Source: a virus. Taken from it: 64,000 nucleotides of DNA. Below the pieces are notes generated by a model. It made no database searches. It was not told the DNA's origin and was given only the letters and a program-made list of their open reading frames with translations. Below, piece after piece: positions 1 to 9,250 of the stretch. The stretch is taken from positions 1 to 64,000 of the IMG/VR virus record IMGVR_UViG_3300042922_000827. The stretch is one strand, 5' to 3'. Position 1 is the first letter of the stretch. Each line of letters begins with the position of its first letter. Both the position numbers and the translations under genes were made by a program.

Positions 1-67
1 TAGAAAAAAGAAAAAATGTATTTTAAATGTTATACTTAGAATAATGGATATGAGAAAACAAGGGTAA

Positions 68-79
68 AACATCTAAATA
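68..79 (+). promoter_or_regulatory. Late phage promoter AACA-N6-TA (portal)
   Basis: AACA TCTAAA TA upstream of the GGGGG RBS; matches the AR9 non-virion RNAP consensus; identical 12-mer at 24537-24548 (-). Confidence 0.75.
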
Positions 80-101
80 ATCTAAAAAGGGGGTTTTAAT
101 T

Positions 102-2345
102 ATGGCTGATAAGAGTAATATAAATATGTCGCAGATAAAAAAATTAGAGAAAAATGTTCAAGATAATCTCGGTACATTATATACAGACGTACGCTTTGCC
201 AACCCAGCTACAGCTAATACTATCGATTTTATGAGAAATAAAATGCATCGTAGTATAGATAAACTTATGTCTAATAATGTAAGTAATGCTGGAATGTCTA
301 ATATATCTCATCTGTATTTGCGTAGTAAAAATATGCAAAACGATAAATCTATAATAGATGGCATAGCTAACACATTTGAAAACGAAGCTATTATGAATAA
401 CGTAATGAGCATTTATTCTCAAAATAGTCATTTAAGAGATTTAGACAAAGAAATAGAGGTTATTTGTAAATACATGCCTAAACTTGTAGACGCTATGGAT
501 ACAAGAAAAGAGCATGTGTTATCTGCCGACCATTTTTCTAAAGATTCTATCAATATCAAAAATGGCTCAACTACAGATTCGGATATTAGTTCTGCTAGTA
601 ATATAAAGGAAATGAAAGAAAAATATGATATAGACGAACTTATGAGCAATATATACAAAGAGGCAGATTACAAAGGAGAATGTTTTGTATACATTGTTCC
701 ATATAAAAAAGCCATAAAGAGATTATTGGATAACGATTCTAATAATAATGTTATAGCGAACGAATCTTATAATTATACATATACCAGAGAAAAGGGTATG
801 GCGTTCAAGCAGGTGACTGGTTCTGATATATCCAATAAGGGATTTACTATAGAGCTAGATAAAAGAGGTGTAGTAGAATCGTTTATCAAAGCTCACCAAC
901 AAGCAGAAACATTCATAGCAGAAAATGGGAATCTTGCTCTTAGTGAAAGTGGAAGAATAGTTAGAAAATCAAACAGTGATAATATAACCGAAGAAAGAAA
1001 AGAAGTTAAACCATTAAATAGTGGTTTAATTAAACTGGATAAAACCTTAAATAAAGATATAAAAGAAAAATTTTATTCTTTAGATCCGACGGCATCAGAT
1101 GGGTTTATTGCTACGGATAAAGCTAAAGATACAGAGCTTAATATCCCTGGTTGCGTTGTTAAAATTCTTGACCATACTATGGTTAAACCTCTATATATAG
1201 AAGACGTATGCTTGGGGTATTTTTACATAGAATGTGATAAAACTATGGATTTAGAACAAACTACTTTTTCTAGTACGCTTGGTGGAATAACTCCAGGTAA
1301 GAATTTTAAAAACGAATTTGATCAAGATGAAGATAGTGTTATTCTTAAAAAAATCGCTAAAGAAATGTCTAATAATATTGACAAGAAATTCGTTAACGCT
1401 AATCAGGATTTGTCTAAAGAAATCTATCTTATTCTTAAATATAACCAAGATGTTGGCGTGGATGGAAAAATAAACAAAATTAAAGTTTCATTTATTCCTC
1501 CAGAAGATATGGTTCATGCATATTTCGAGAAAGATCCTAAAACACATCGTGGTATTTCTGGGTTGATGCGTGCGTTATTTCCAGCAAAATTATTTGCTTG
1601 TTTATACATTAGCAATACTATTGCTATCCTCACTAGAGGTCAAGACAAACGAGTATATTATGTAAAACAATCTGTTGATACTAATATAGCTGGAGTATTA
1701 TTAAATACTATCAGTCAAATAAAGAAATCTAATTTTGGGCTTAGACAAATTGAAAATATGAATAACATGCTCAATATAACTGGAAGGTTTAATGATATTA
1801 TTATACCAAGAAGCCCAAGTGGAGACTCTCCAGTTGAATTCGAAGTTATGCAAGGTCAAAATGTAGAAATTAAAACTGAGCTTATGAATATGCTTGAAGA
1901 GATGGCTGTTAATAGCACTGATGTTCCATTAGAAGTAATTCAGGCTAGACAACAGTTAGACTATGCAACTCATTATACAATGAGCAATACCAAATTTCTG
2001 CGTAAAGTATATAACAGACAATCTAAGTTTAAAAAGATATCTGACAGGGTACTGACAAAGGTATACAACGCAGAATTTGATTGTGAAGATAGCATAGATA
2101 CTACATTGCCACCTCCTATGTATTTAAACTTAATGAATACTGGACAAATATTCCAATCCACTAATGAAATGGCACAAAATACAACAGAGATGTACGCAGG
2201 AGACGAAGAGCCAGATGTGCAACAGCTATTCACTAGGGAAGTAAAAAAATATTATTTATCTAGCTTTTTACCAACTGACGAATTAGATAGAATGTTAGAT
2301 AGGGCTAAAATGAAAGCTAAGGTAAACCCAAAACAAATTCAATAA
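102..2345 (+). CDS. Portal protein (T4 gp20-like)
   Basis: 747 aa; LTRGQDKRVYYVKQ resembles the gp20 RAPERRVFYID motif; adjacent to sheath/tube; late promoter. Confidence 0.8.
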   Translation: MADKSNINMSQIKKLEKNVQDNLGTLYTDVRFANPATANTIDFMRNKMHRSIDKLMSNNVSNAGMSNISHLYLRSKNMQNDKSIIDGIANTFENEAIMNNVMSIYSQNSHLRDLDKEIEVICKYMPKLVDAMDTRKEHVLSADHFSKDSINIKNGSTTDSDISSASNIKEMKEKYDIDELMSNIYKEADYKGECFVYIVPYKKAIKRLLDNDSNNNVIANESYNYTYTREKGMAFKQVTGSDISNKGFTIELDKRGVVESFIKAHQQAETFIAENGNLALSESGRIVRKSNSDNITEERKEVKPLNSGLIKLDKTLNKDIKEKFYSLDPTASDGFIATDKAKDTELNIPGCVVKILDHTMVKPLYIEDVCLGYFYIECDKTMDLEQTTFSSTLGGITPGKNFKNEFDQDEDSVILKKIAKEMSNNIDKKFVNANQDLSKEIYLILKYNQDVGVDGKINKIKVSFIPPEDMVHAYFEKDPKTHRGISGLMRALFPAKLFACLYISNTIAILTRGQDKRVYYVKQSVDTNIAGVLLNTISQIKKSNFGLRQIENMNNMLNITGRFNDIIIPRSPSGDSPVEFEVMQGQNVEIKTELMNMLEEMAVNSTDVPLEVIQARQQLDYATHYTMSNTKFLRKVYNRQSKFKKISDRVLTKVYNAEFDCEDSIDTTLPPPMYLNLMNTGQIFQSTNEMAQNTTEMYAGDEEPDVQQLFTREVKKYYLSSFLPTDELDRMLDRAKMKAKVNPKQIQ

Positions 2346-2350
2346 TACAC

Positions 2351-2389
2351 AATATACCCCGTATACCATATTGGTATACGGGGTATATT
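2351..2389. terminator. Bidirectional terminator hairpin
   Basis: 18-bp perfect inverted repeat AATATACCCCGTATACCA-tat-TGGTATACGGGGTATATT between convergent genes. Confidence 0.85.
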
Positions 2390-2393
2390 TTTA

Positions 2394-3239
2394 TCAACTA
2401 AGACTTGGAGAAGAAGCTCCTGTAATGCCAGTGTTTCCTGGAGTAGGCATTTTGGAAATAGCCTGATATCCAAATTTAGCATCTTCGAAGATAGTATTTT
2501 CATTAATCCACTTAAGGAAATCTACTGCTTTAGCGGTAATTGCAGGACCAGTAATAGGATAGCCATTGAATTGAACGTTTAGTTCTTTCCAACCAATATC
2601 ACCTTTTTCTGCATTGTACATGCTAGTTTCAGCAGTTGTAGGCTGAGCTGATACGATCAGATAAGCCTTTTCAATCTTACGGCAAGTATTATCAGTAACG
2701 AAATATAGAAACTGGAATGTTTCGTACTCATATCCAGCTTCATCCATAACTGGTACTCCACCAGAAGTGCTTGCACGAAGAAGACCATTATACGTTTTAA
2801 CTTGCGTGCGAGGATCTTTAATACCACGAAGGAATAATTCGTGAACCTTTGTGAATACAGAACCCTGACGTTCAAAATAACGCATTTGGAATTGTGATGC
2901 AGATTGCATATTTACTTTTGTAATGACATTCAGAGTTGAAATGCCATTGGTAATTTCAGATGTATCTGAACTAATATCTTCGATACCATCAATACCCCTA
3001 AAGTCATATTCTAGAATATGACGATAGATATCGATTAATTTCTTATATTCATCATTGCTTGCAGCAAGTTGTTCTAAGAAAATAGGAATCTTGAGTGTAA
3101 TCAAAAACGGATACCCAGTTTCAAAGTTATTAAACTGAGCCAGGTTGGACATATCTGTGACTCCGCGACCAAGTGTATATGCGGTTACGTCACGAGGGCT
3201 TAACGTATTTGTAAATATACTGTTAATAGTCTCAGCCAT
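2394..3239 (-). CDS. Tail tube protein
   Basis: 281 aa directly downstream of the sheath gene; tube-like C-terminal segment (AQPTT...WKELNVQFNG). Confidence 0.7.
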   Translation of the reverse strand: MAETINSIFTNTLSPRDVTAYTLGRGVTDMSNLAQFNNFETGYPFLITLKIPIFLEQLAASNDEYKKLIDIYRHILEYDFRGIDGIEDISSDTSEITNGISTLNVITKVNMQSASQFQMRYFERQGSVFTKVHELFLRGIKDPRTQVKTYNGLLRASTSGGVPVMDEAGYEYETFQFLYFVTDNTCRKIEKAYLIVSAQPTTAETSMYNAEKGDIGWKELNVQFNGYPITGPAITAKAVDFLKWINENTIFEDAKFGYQAISKMPTPGNTGITGASSPSLS

Positions 3240-3257
3240 AATTTATCTCTCCCTCCT

Positions 3258-5105
3258 TTAGGATGCTCGCATTGCGGAAATTTTGAAGATTTCGGTTTGT
3301 ACAAAATCTTTATACGTAACTTTAATAACAGCATAAAAGATCTTATTAGCTTCATATGCGCTATCTCTTGTATATACAAGTTCAATAGTATTGAATTTTG
3401 TAGTATATCTATCGAGAATAGCTTGAACGTCATCTTTATATTTAGTCAGATCATCGCCTGTAATAAAGTTATAACGTATTTTTGGACATTTTACGCGAAT
3501 TTCTTTAATTAACTCTTGAGTCATTAACACATTGTGCAACCAAGAAAGCTGAGTAAGTCTTTCTTGAGAAGTGTATTCGGATTCTAGAGTAAGTAAATCG
3601 CTATAATACGTAGCATAATTAATTCGGTTATCGTCGAAATATTGTTTTTGATCGACTTTAGGAGTATTCTTAGGCACAAAGTTTACAGTTCCACTAATTA
3701 CCTCTGGGAATGTAACTTCATACAATTGACCACAAAATGGGCGAGCCCTACCATTTAAGAAATGCTTAACGAAATTAGTGCACATAGTGTACATAATTGT
3801 TATAGTAATTTGCTTTTTGGTATAAGGATCTTTAACATCCCAGCTATTATGATATGTAGCACAAAACCTATTTCTTAAATTTTCAGCATTGGCTAATTTA
3901 ATCTCTTCAATTGAAGTAAGACCGGTGCCCATATCACGGAAATAAAACATATCTTCGCGGAATGTTGTTAAGTTTTCTATTTCTCGTTTTACAATAGCTG
4001 GATAATTGGCATCAAATACAACGTCAATTCTGCTATTGTCTAAATCATAAATCTCGTCGCCGGCAGTTCCATTAAATACTTTTACAAGCTCACTTGCATA
4101 AGTATTTGCAACTATAGGACGATCTCCGAATAAACCATTGCTTCCACCAACAAGGCTGATTCCTGTTATAGAATCTAGCTGTACTGTAGAATCGATGATA
4201 ATTTCATCATATGTTTGACCAAATAAATCACACCCGAATAATACATCGGAATATTCAAATTCGCTAGTATCCACTCCAGAAATATATGCAACGTTTTCCA
4301 TAAATGCAGTAATTTCATCTTCGAACATTTTGCTACGAATTTGATTGGATTTTGAGCTAATAACATTTTGAAGAGAAATGTTTGAATCTTTTTCAATGAT
4401 ATCAGGATTAATAGTAAATGTCATTGATTCCAATTCTGTACCATTTTCGATAACTTTCAAAATGTATTTTACATAATCAACTGGTCTGCTGGCAGATGTA
4501 TCTGCATAAATACGGAATTTTTTATTAGAGACACCACGACCATTATCTGCAATTAAGAATAATGGATATTGATCATCCTCACCAATTGTATTTTGGTGAG
4601 CATTATCAGCCAAGAAAGCGGCTGCCATAGAAGGTAAACTATTTCCTGCAATATTAACGGTTTTCAATTCATATGTGATTTTACATTTTTGAATCATGAC
4701 AGGTTGATTGCCAACTGGATCTGTCGTTTCATTATTTCCATCTGTATAAACTGGATTTCCGTTTTCATCGGATTTTTGAACAACTTCTTTAGCTACTTTA
4801 GCGACAACTCCAATATTGGCAAGAGTTGCATCTTCAGCAACAATACGTTTACAAAATAATCTGCCGCCAGCATTAATTACTTTAGCAGCCTGAATTAAAG
4901 TTTGACCATGTTTATAAAATGATGGTTTTGTTCCATAGAGTTTAAAGAATTTATCACCCATGAGCTGCTGATATTCTTCCGGACCTTTATCTGAAGAGAA
5001 TCCTGTCATAAAGACCGGACGATCGACAGTATCTTCCGCTGGAGACGCTATAGGATCGATATCACTCTGGTCGTCCCAGATAAACTTCGTTTGAGCATAG
5101 GACAT
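3258..5105 (-). CDS. Contractile tail sheath protein
   Basis: 615 aa; N-terminal GFSSDKGPE...F..LYG and sheath-like C-terminus (LSWLHNV...FYAVIKVTYKDFVQTEIF); late promoter. Confidence 0.85.
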   Translation of the reverse strand: MSYAQTKFIWDDQSDIDPIASPAEDTVDRPVFMTGFSSDKGPEEYQQLMGDKFFKLYGTKPSFYKHGQTLIQAAKVINAGGRLFCKRIVAEDATLANIGVVAKVAKEVVQKSDENGNPVYTDGNNETTDPVGNQPVMIQKCKITYELKTVNIAGNSLPSMAAAFLADNAHQNTIGEDDQYPLFLIADNGRGVSNKKFRIYADTSASRPVDYVKYILKVIENGTELESMTFTINPDIIEKDSNISLQNVISSKSNQIRSKMFEDEITAFMENVAYISGVDTSEFEYSDVLFGCDLFGQTYDEIIIDSTVQLDSITGISLVGGSNGLFGDRPIVANTYASELVKVFNGTAGDEIYDLDNSRIDVVFDANYPAIVKREIENLTTFREDMFYFRDMGTGLTSIEEIKLANAENLRNRFCATYHNSWDVKDPYTKKQITITIMYTMCTNFVKHFLNGRARPFCGQLYEVTFPEVISGTVNFVPKNTPKVDQKQYFDDNRINYATYYSDLLTLESEYTSQERLTQLSWLHNVLMTQELIKEIRVKCPKIRYNFITGDDLTKYKDDVQAILDRYTTKFNTIELVYTRDSAYEANKIFYAVIKVTYKDFVQTEIFKISAMRAS

Positions 5106-5159
5106 TTAAATTTCCTCCTTTATTGTTTCATTTATACTTTACCACAGGTGCGGTAACTT

Positions 5160-5171
5160 TATTCATATGTT
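5160..5171 (-). promoter_or_regulatory. Late promoter (sheath/tube)
   Basis: AACA TATGAA TA on the minus strand. Confidence 0.75.
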
Positions 5172-5238
5172 AAAAGCTACACTCTATAGTTAAACAAGAA
5201 TAATGTTTATAACGACATATTAATAATCTTAAAAGGAT

Positions 5239-6432
5239 GTGGGTAATATGACAATAGCGCTAACTATAAAAAATAGTATAAATGACATGAGTATAGGAGA
5301 TTGTATACCTTGTAGATATACAGCGTCTTCTGCCGCCGCCGGAATTTTCAGTGAATTAGGTACTTCCATAGCAGATGAAATACCAATAACTGGTACAGCC
5401 ACTCCTAATGGTTTATTCTACTTTATAAAGGTAGATAAAGGAATCTTAATAGCTGATAGAGTATTACAAACAGGAATTAGTTGGGACGCATTGAATAATG
5501 CTGGATATATAGAAGGGTCTATATCTAAAACATATGATAAAAAAGTATCTCCGACAATGACTAGCTCTACCGCTCCTTCGCCTTATGCTGTTACAGCTAG
5601 TAATTTTGAGTGGTATAATGGATCGTGGGGATATGAAGGATACAGAGCTTTTTCTGGTAACCGTTGGAGTACTACTGCATCTCCTCCATCTGGAGGGCAT
5701 TGGCTTAAAATTTTTATGGGATCGCCTACAAGAATAGAATCGATGCTATTACAAGGATATTGTTCTTCGTGGTTTAATAGTTCTATAAGAAATTGGGCTC
5801 TATATGGGTCTAATGACGATATAGGATATACATTGATAACTAGTGCATTGCATCCAAATTTAGGAGGGTCTTCTATTGGCGCTCCATATTCTGCAATTAA
5901 ATATACTTTTTCACCTGCTACATATTCGTATTATAAAATGGTTCTATCAAATGGCTATCAGGCAGCTTCTGCCGTTGGTATTTATTCTATTGGATTTTAT
6001 GTTAATGTAAATTCTATTGGCAATAATATAAAAATACGTTCTCTTGCTGGTGGTAATTCTTATCTTGGCACTGATGGAGAATATAGTTTAACCGATAGAG
6101 GGTTAAGTACATATCCAGTTAATAATGAATATGATAAATATATAATAAAGAATAATTTAAATGGAAAGATTACTCCAGGTGATGACAATGTTTGGCATCG
6201 CAATGTTCTATATTCTACTTGCAAAGACACTCCAATAAGTGGCAATTATAGTGCTATAGATGGAACATCTGGAATTGGAAATTCAACTGCTCGAATATGG
6301 CGAGGATATAATGATACTACTTGGAAAGATTTTGCAATAGTACAAAATTCTCCTGGTATTTGGTCTCTAGGAGGCTTTAGACCAGTTCTTGAGTACCCAG
6401 ATGATTCTAAATGTACAAATATATGGTATTAA
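5239..6432 (+). CDS. Putative receptor-binding protein: C-type-lectin-like fold with inserted discoidin (F5/8C) domain
   Basis: LIADRVLQ..ISWDALN and terminal GFRPVLE flank a discoidin-like core (YRAF, WLKI, RNWALYGSND, YSYYKM); GACA-N6-TA at 5214-5225; start may be ATG 5248. Confidence 0.6.
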   Translation: MGNMTIALTIKNSINDMSIGDCIPCRYTASSAAAGIFSELGTSIADEIPITGTATPNGLFYFIKVDKGILIADRVLQTGISWDALNNAGYIEGSISKTYDKKVSPTMTSSTAPSPYAVTASNFEWYNGSWGYEGYRAFSGNRWSTTASPPSGGHWLKIFMGSPTRIESMLLQGYCSSWFNSSIRNWALYGSNDDIGYTLITSALHPNLGGSSIGAPYSAIKYTFSPATYSYYKMVLSNGYQAASAVGIYSIGFYVNVNSIGNNIKIRSLAGGNSYLGTDGEYSLTDRGLSTYPVNNEYDKYIIKNNLNGKITPGDDNVWHRNVLYSTCKDTPISGNYSAIDGTSGIGNSTARIWRGYNDTTWKDFAIVQNSPGIWSLGGFRPVLEYPDDSKCTNIWY

Positions 6433-6439
6433 AACACAG

Positions 6440-6474
6440 TATATCAGGCTACGGATAATCCGTAGCCTGATATA
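6440..6474. terminator. Bidirectional terminator hairpin
   Basis: 17-bp inverted repeat TATATCAGGCTACGGAT-a-ATCCGTAGCCTGATATA between convergent genes. Confidence 0.85.
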
Positions 6475-6485
6475 TTTATTTAAAG

Positions 6486-7226
6486 TTATTCTATCTGCCC
6501 CATTAATACTTTTTCCAATGGAGAGTTTACTTCTTTATCATTCATTGCTGCATGCACTATAGAATCATCAATGTTTTCTGACGTGATAGCTGAATATGAA
6601 CTTATCATTTTAGAAACATCTTTTACACCAATTGACTGATAATCGTTCATATCTTTAGACCCAGATAACCTAAATGGAATATTTATATCTTTTGTACTTC
6701 GACACAATTCAGATTCGATAAATCCAAATAGCTGCAATGAGATACCATAACTATTTCCGCTTAATTCCATATTATCTATGAAATAATTTTGAAGAGTATC
6801 ATATGGAATTGTATTTGGAATATTTCCAGTAATCATAAATAGATTGATAAAATCTTCTACATTTTCAATTTCTTGTGGCACTTTTGTATCTACGATAATA
6901 GCATCATTTGGTTTGTATCTAAGAAGCCTATAATCTTGAGTTTTAGAAGATCCAATAAGCTTAATATCTTTGACCTTATCCATTTTGTATGGTTTAGTTA
7001 AAAATCTAGTTGGATAGTTAAATTGTTTTAATGCTGTTTTTTTACCATTCTTATCTTCCATAGAATAGTCAAGTACACCCAAAATATTAATGTAATCGCC
7101 TACGACAAATGCGACACTTAAATCAAAATACTTTTCAGGAACATAGAAAATAAACTCTCCATCACCATCAAATAAAATAGAAGAGCCTTTACGTTTTAAA
7201 AATAATGGTAACTTACCTTCAGCCAT
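6486..7226 (-). CDS. RNA polymerase beta' C-terminal fragment (probably virion RNAP)
   Basis: ESELCR...SYSAITSENIDDSIVHAAM...SPLEKVL resembles the beta' C-terminal SFISAASFQET..L..AA region; start set at MAEGK after a GGGGG RBS. Confidence 0.55.
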   Translation of the reverse strand: MAEGKLPLFLKRKGSSILFDGDGEFIFYVPEKYFDLSVAFVVGDYINILGVLDYSMEDKNGKKTALKQFNYPTRFLTKPYKMDKVKDIKLIGSSKTQDYRLLRYKPNDAIIVDTKVPQEIENVEDFINLFMITGNIPNTIPYDTLQNYFIDNMELSGNSYGISLQLFGFIESELCRSTKDINIPFRLSGSKDMNDYQSIGVKDVSKMISSYSAITSENIDDSIVHAAMNDKEVNSPLEKVLMGQIE

Positions 7227-7237
7227 TTTACATCCCC

Positions 7238-7861
7238 CTATTCGCTGTATAAATCCACTAACCATTGTTTAATAGGATGTGCTATTTCATATTTTGTTAA
7301 TAGTTTTAATCCTAAATTATTTTTTGCTTTATAATTTGCGCCATGTTCTACTAAATATTTCGCAACGTTAAAGTTTCCAAATCTACATGCAAAGATGTAT
7401 CCCATTTCTCCATTAATATTTGGATCTACATTGTGCTTCTCTATTAGATATTTAACTGCATTTATATCTCCATAGTGACAAGCTTCTGTAAATACCATTC
7501 CATATTTACCATTAGGATTTACTTTATATTCCTCAAATAAAAGCTCAAGCATTTTCTGCTCTTCTGTTTCGTCACATCTTTTAAAATAATCAATTGCAAT
7601 ATTCTCTAAATTAATATCATTATTATTTTTTATTGCTGCATCTAATATACGTTTACATAACTTAAATGGCAAGTATATAGCGCGATCGACTACATCGTAA
7701 TGTAACATATCTGGATAATTATTAATAATAAAATCTATTATTTTTTCGTCCTCAAGCATAACAACATCTGCAAATAGCTGATATTCATTATTATAATCTC
7801 TTCTATCAATACCTTTAGTATGCAATACTGCAAAAAATTGCTGTTCATTTACTATATTCAT
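7238..7861 (-). CDS. Ankyrin-repeat protein
   Basis: ACHYGDINAVKYLIE and ACRFGNFNVAKYLVEHGA repeats. Confidence 0.8.
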   Translation of the reverse strand: MNIVNEQQFFAVLHTKGIDRRDYNNEYQLFADVVMLEDEKIIDFIINNYPDMLHYDVVDRAIYLPFKLCKRILDAAIKNNNDINLENIAIDYFKRCDETEEQKMLELLFEEYKVNPNGKYGMVFTEACHYGDINAVKYLIEKHNVDPNINGEMGYIFACRFGNFNVAKYLVEHGANYKAKNNLGLKLLTKYEIAHPIKQWLVDLYSE

Positions 7862-7888
7862 CCTAATTCAACTCCTTAAACAAAAAAT

Positions 7889-7917
7889 AAAATGCTATGG
7901 AATTTCCATAGCATTTT
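7889..7917. terminator. Terminator hairpin
   Basis: AAAATGCTATGGAA-t-TTCCATAGCATTTT. Confidence 0.75.
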
Positions 7918-7923
7918 TATAAT

Positions 7924-9174
7924 TTATAGCTTAACAGTTCCTATATTGCTAAGAACTGCATTCACAGAATCATTCGTCACGATAAGACCATCTAATGGAT
8001 CAGTAGTATCTGTATCATCATTATCTGGGAATCTTGTAACTGGATTTGTATAGACATTTACGTCAGTATGCGTAGTTGTCAAAGTACCATATTCTGTTTT
8101 ACCACCAACTGTAGTTCCGACAGATCCTGTACCGCCATATATAATAGCTCCAACTATACTATTACCAACTTGATATCCGCCTTCTACAGTGCCTCCAGTA
8201 ATGACACCACCAGATGTTACACCACCACTGGTTTGACCATCTTTAATAACATAATTCACATTATCAATAGAACCAATAGCACTCCCACCATGAAGAGTAC
8301 CTCCTGTGGTAGTCCCACCAACTGCGATATCTCCTGTAACTATAGCTCCCACTGTTACCATATCGCTACCAGTAAGTGTACCTCCACTAACTATTGAATT
8401 ATACAATACTGGCTCTATAACTTTACCGCCAGATGTTTTACCGCCTTCTATTGTACTATTTAATGATATTACATTAGAAATCTCCGTGGCTACTACAGTA
8501 GCTCCGGTTGTAATATTTCCATTCTTGATTCCGCCTTCTACATTACCAAGAACCATAATACCACTAACGAAAGTGCCAACAGTTATTTTACCATCGGTAG
8601 TAGATCCACCAACCGTAGTTATAGGATTTCCATTTGGGTTGTTTCCAGTAGATATACCACCATCTGTAACTCCTGTTACATCTCCAGGAGTCGTAGGAGT
8701 GGGCTTTACAGTGCCATCTATAATATTTCCGTTATCATCTATAGTAACATCAATAAGCGTAACATTTTTAATAGTTCCTACAGTAATACCACCGGTATGT
8801 ACAGCATTAGAAATAGTTGTATCCTCGTCTGCATATTTAATGAAAACTTTAATATCTCTAATCTGACTGGTTTTAATAGTTTTTACATTTGAACTACAAG
8901 ATGCAGATGCATCTATTCTAACAAGATATTCTGTTGATGTCTGTGGCTGAGATGGATCTCTAACTTCAGAGAATCTAGCAACTCCAAGGACTCTACCAAC
9001 TATCTTGTTTAATCTAGCACTTTCTAGATATGTGACGTCATACATAGTACCACTTTTAAGTTTAACCGTATAATCATCCTCAGGATCTGAATATCGTAGA
9101 GTCACATCCAATGTCAAATCTGGAGAGGTTTCTACGTCTATCAATGTAATAACTTTACCCATTAAATCACTCAT
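7924..9174 (-). CDS. Late protein with Gly/Thr-rich GGxxx repeats
   Basis: 416 aa; GGTTTGGTLHGG, GGVTSGGVITGGTVEGG; AACA TTTGAT TA promoter at 9204-9215. Confidence 0.6.
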   Translation of the reverse strand: MSDLMGKVITLIDVETSPDLTLDVTLRYSDPEDDYTVKLKSGTMYDVTYLESARLNKIVGRVLGVARFSEVRDPSQPQTSTEYLVRIDASASCSSNVKTIKTSQIRDIKVFIKYADEDTTISNAVHTGGITVGTIKNVTLIDVTIDDNGNIIDGTVKPTPTTPGDVTGVTDGGISTGNNPNGNPITTVGGSTTDGKITVGTFVSGIMVLGNVEGGIKNGNITTGATVVATEISNVISLNSTIEGGKTSGGKVIEPVLYNSIVSGGTLTGSDMVTVGAIVTGDIAVGGTTTGGTLHGGSAIGSIDNVNYVIKDGQTSGGVTSGGVITGGTVEGGYQVGNSIVGAIIYGGTGSVGTTVGGKTEYGTLTTTHTDVNVYTNPVTRFPDNDDTDTTDPLDGLIVTNDSVNAVLSNIGTVKL

Positions 9175-9214
9175 TTAATTAATCCTCCTATTCTTAAGTA
9201 GTTTAATCAAATGT

Positions 9215-9243
9215 TAAGGCTACAGATTAAATCTGTAGCCTTA
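9215..9243. terminator. Terminator hairpin abutting late promoter
   Basis: TAAGGCTACAGATT-a-AATCTGTAGCCTTA. Confidence 0.8.
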
Positions 9244-9250
9244 TATATTT

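Noticed and set aside
6285-6400. Complete diversity-generating retroelement
   Set aside because: No reverse transcriptase, Avd or AAC-rich template repeat seen in the window
8068-8866. Plus-strand ORFs 8068-8397 and 8306-8866 and similar antisense ORFs throughout the track
   Set aside because: Shadow frames of real genes on the opposite strand; no RBS or promoter, low-information translations
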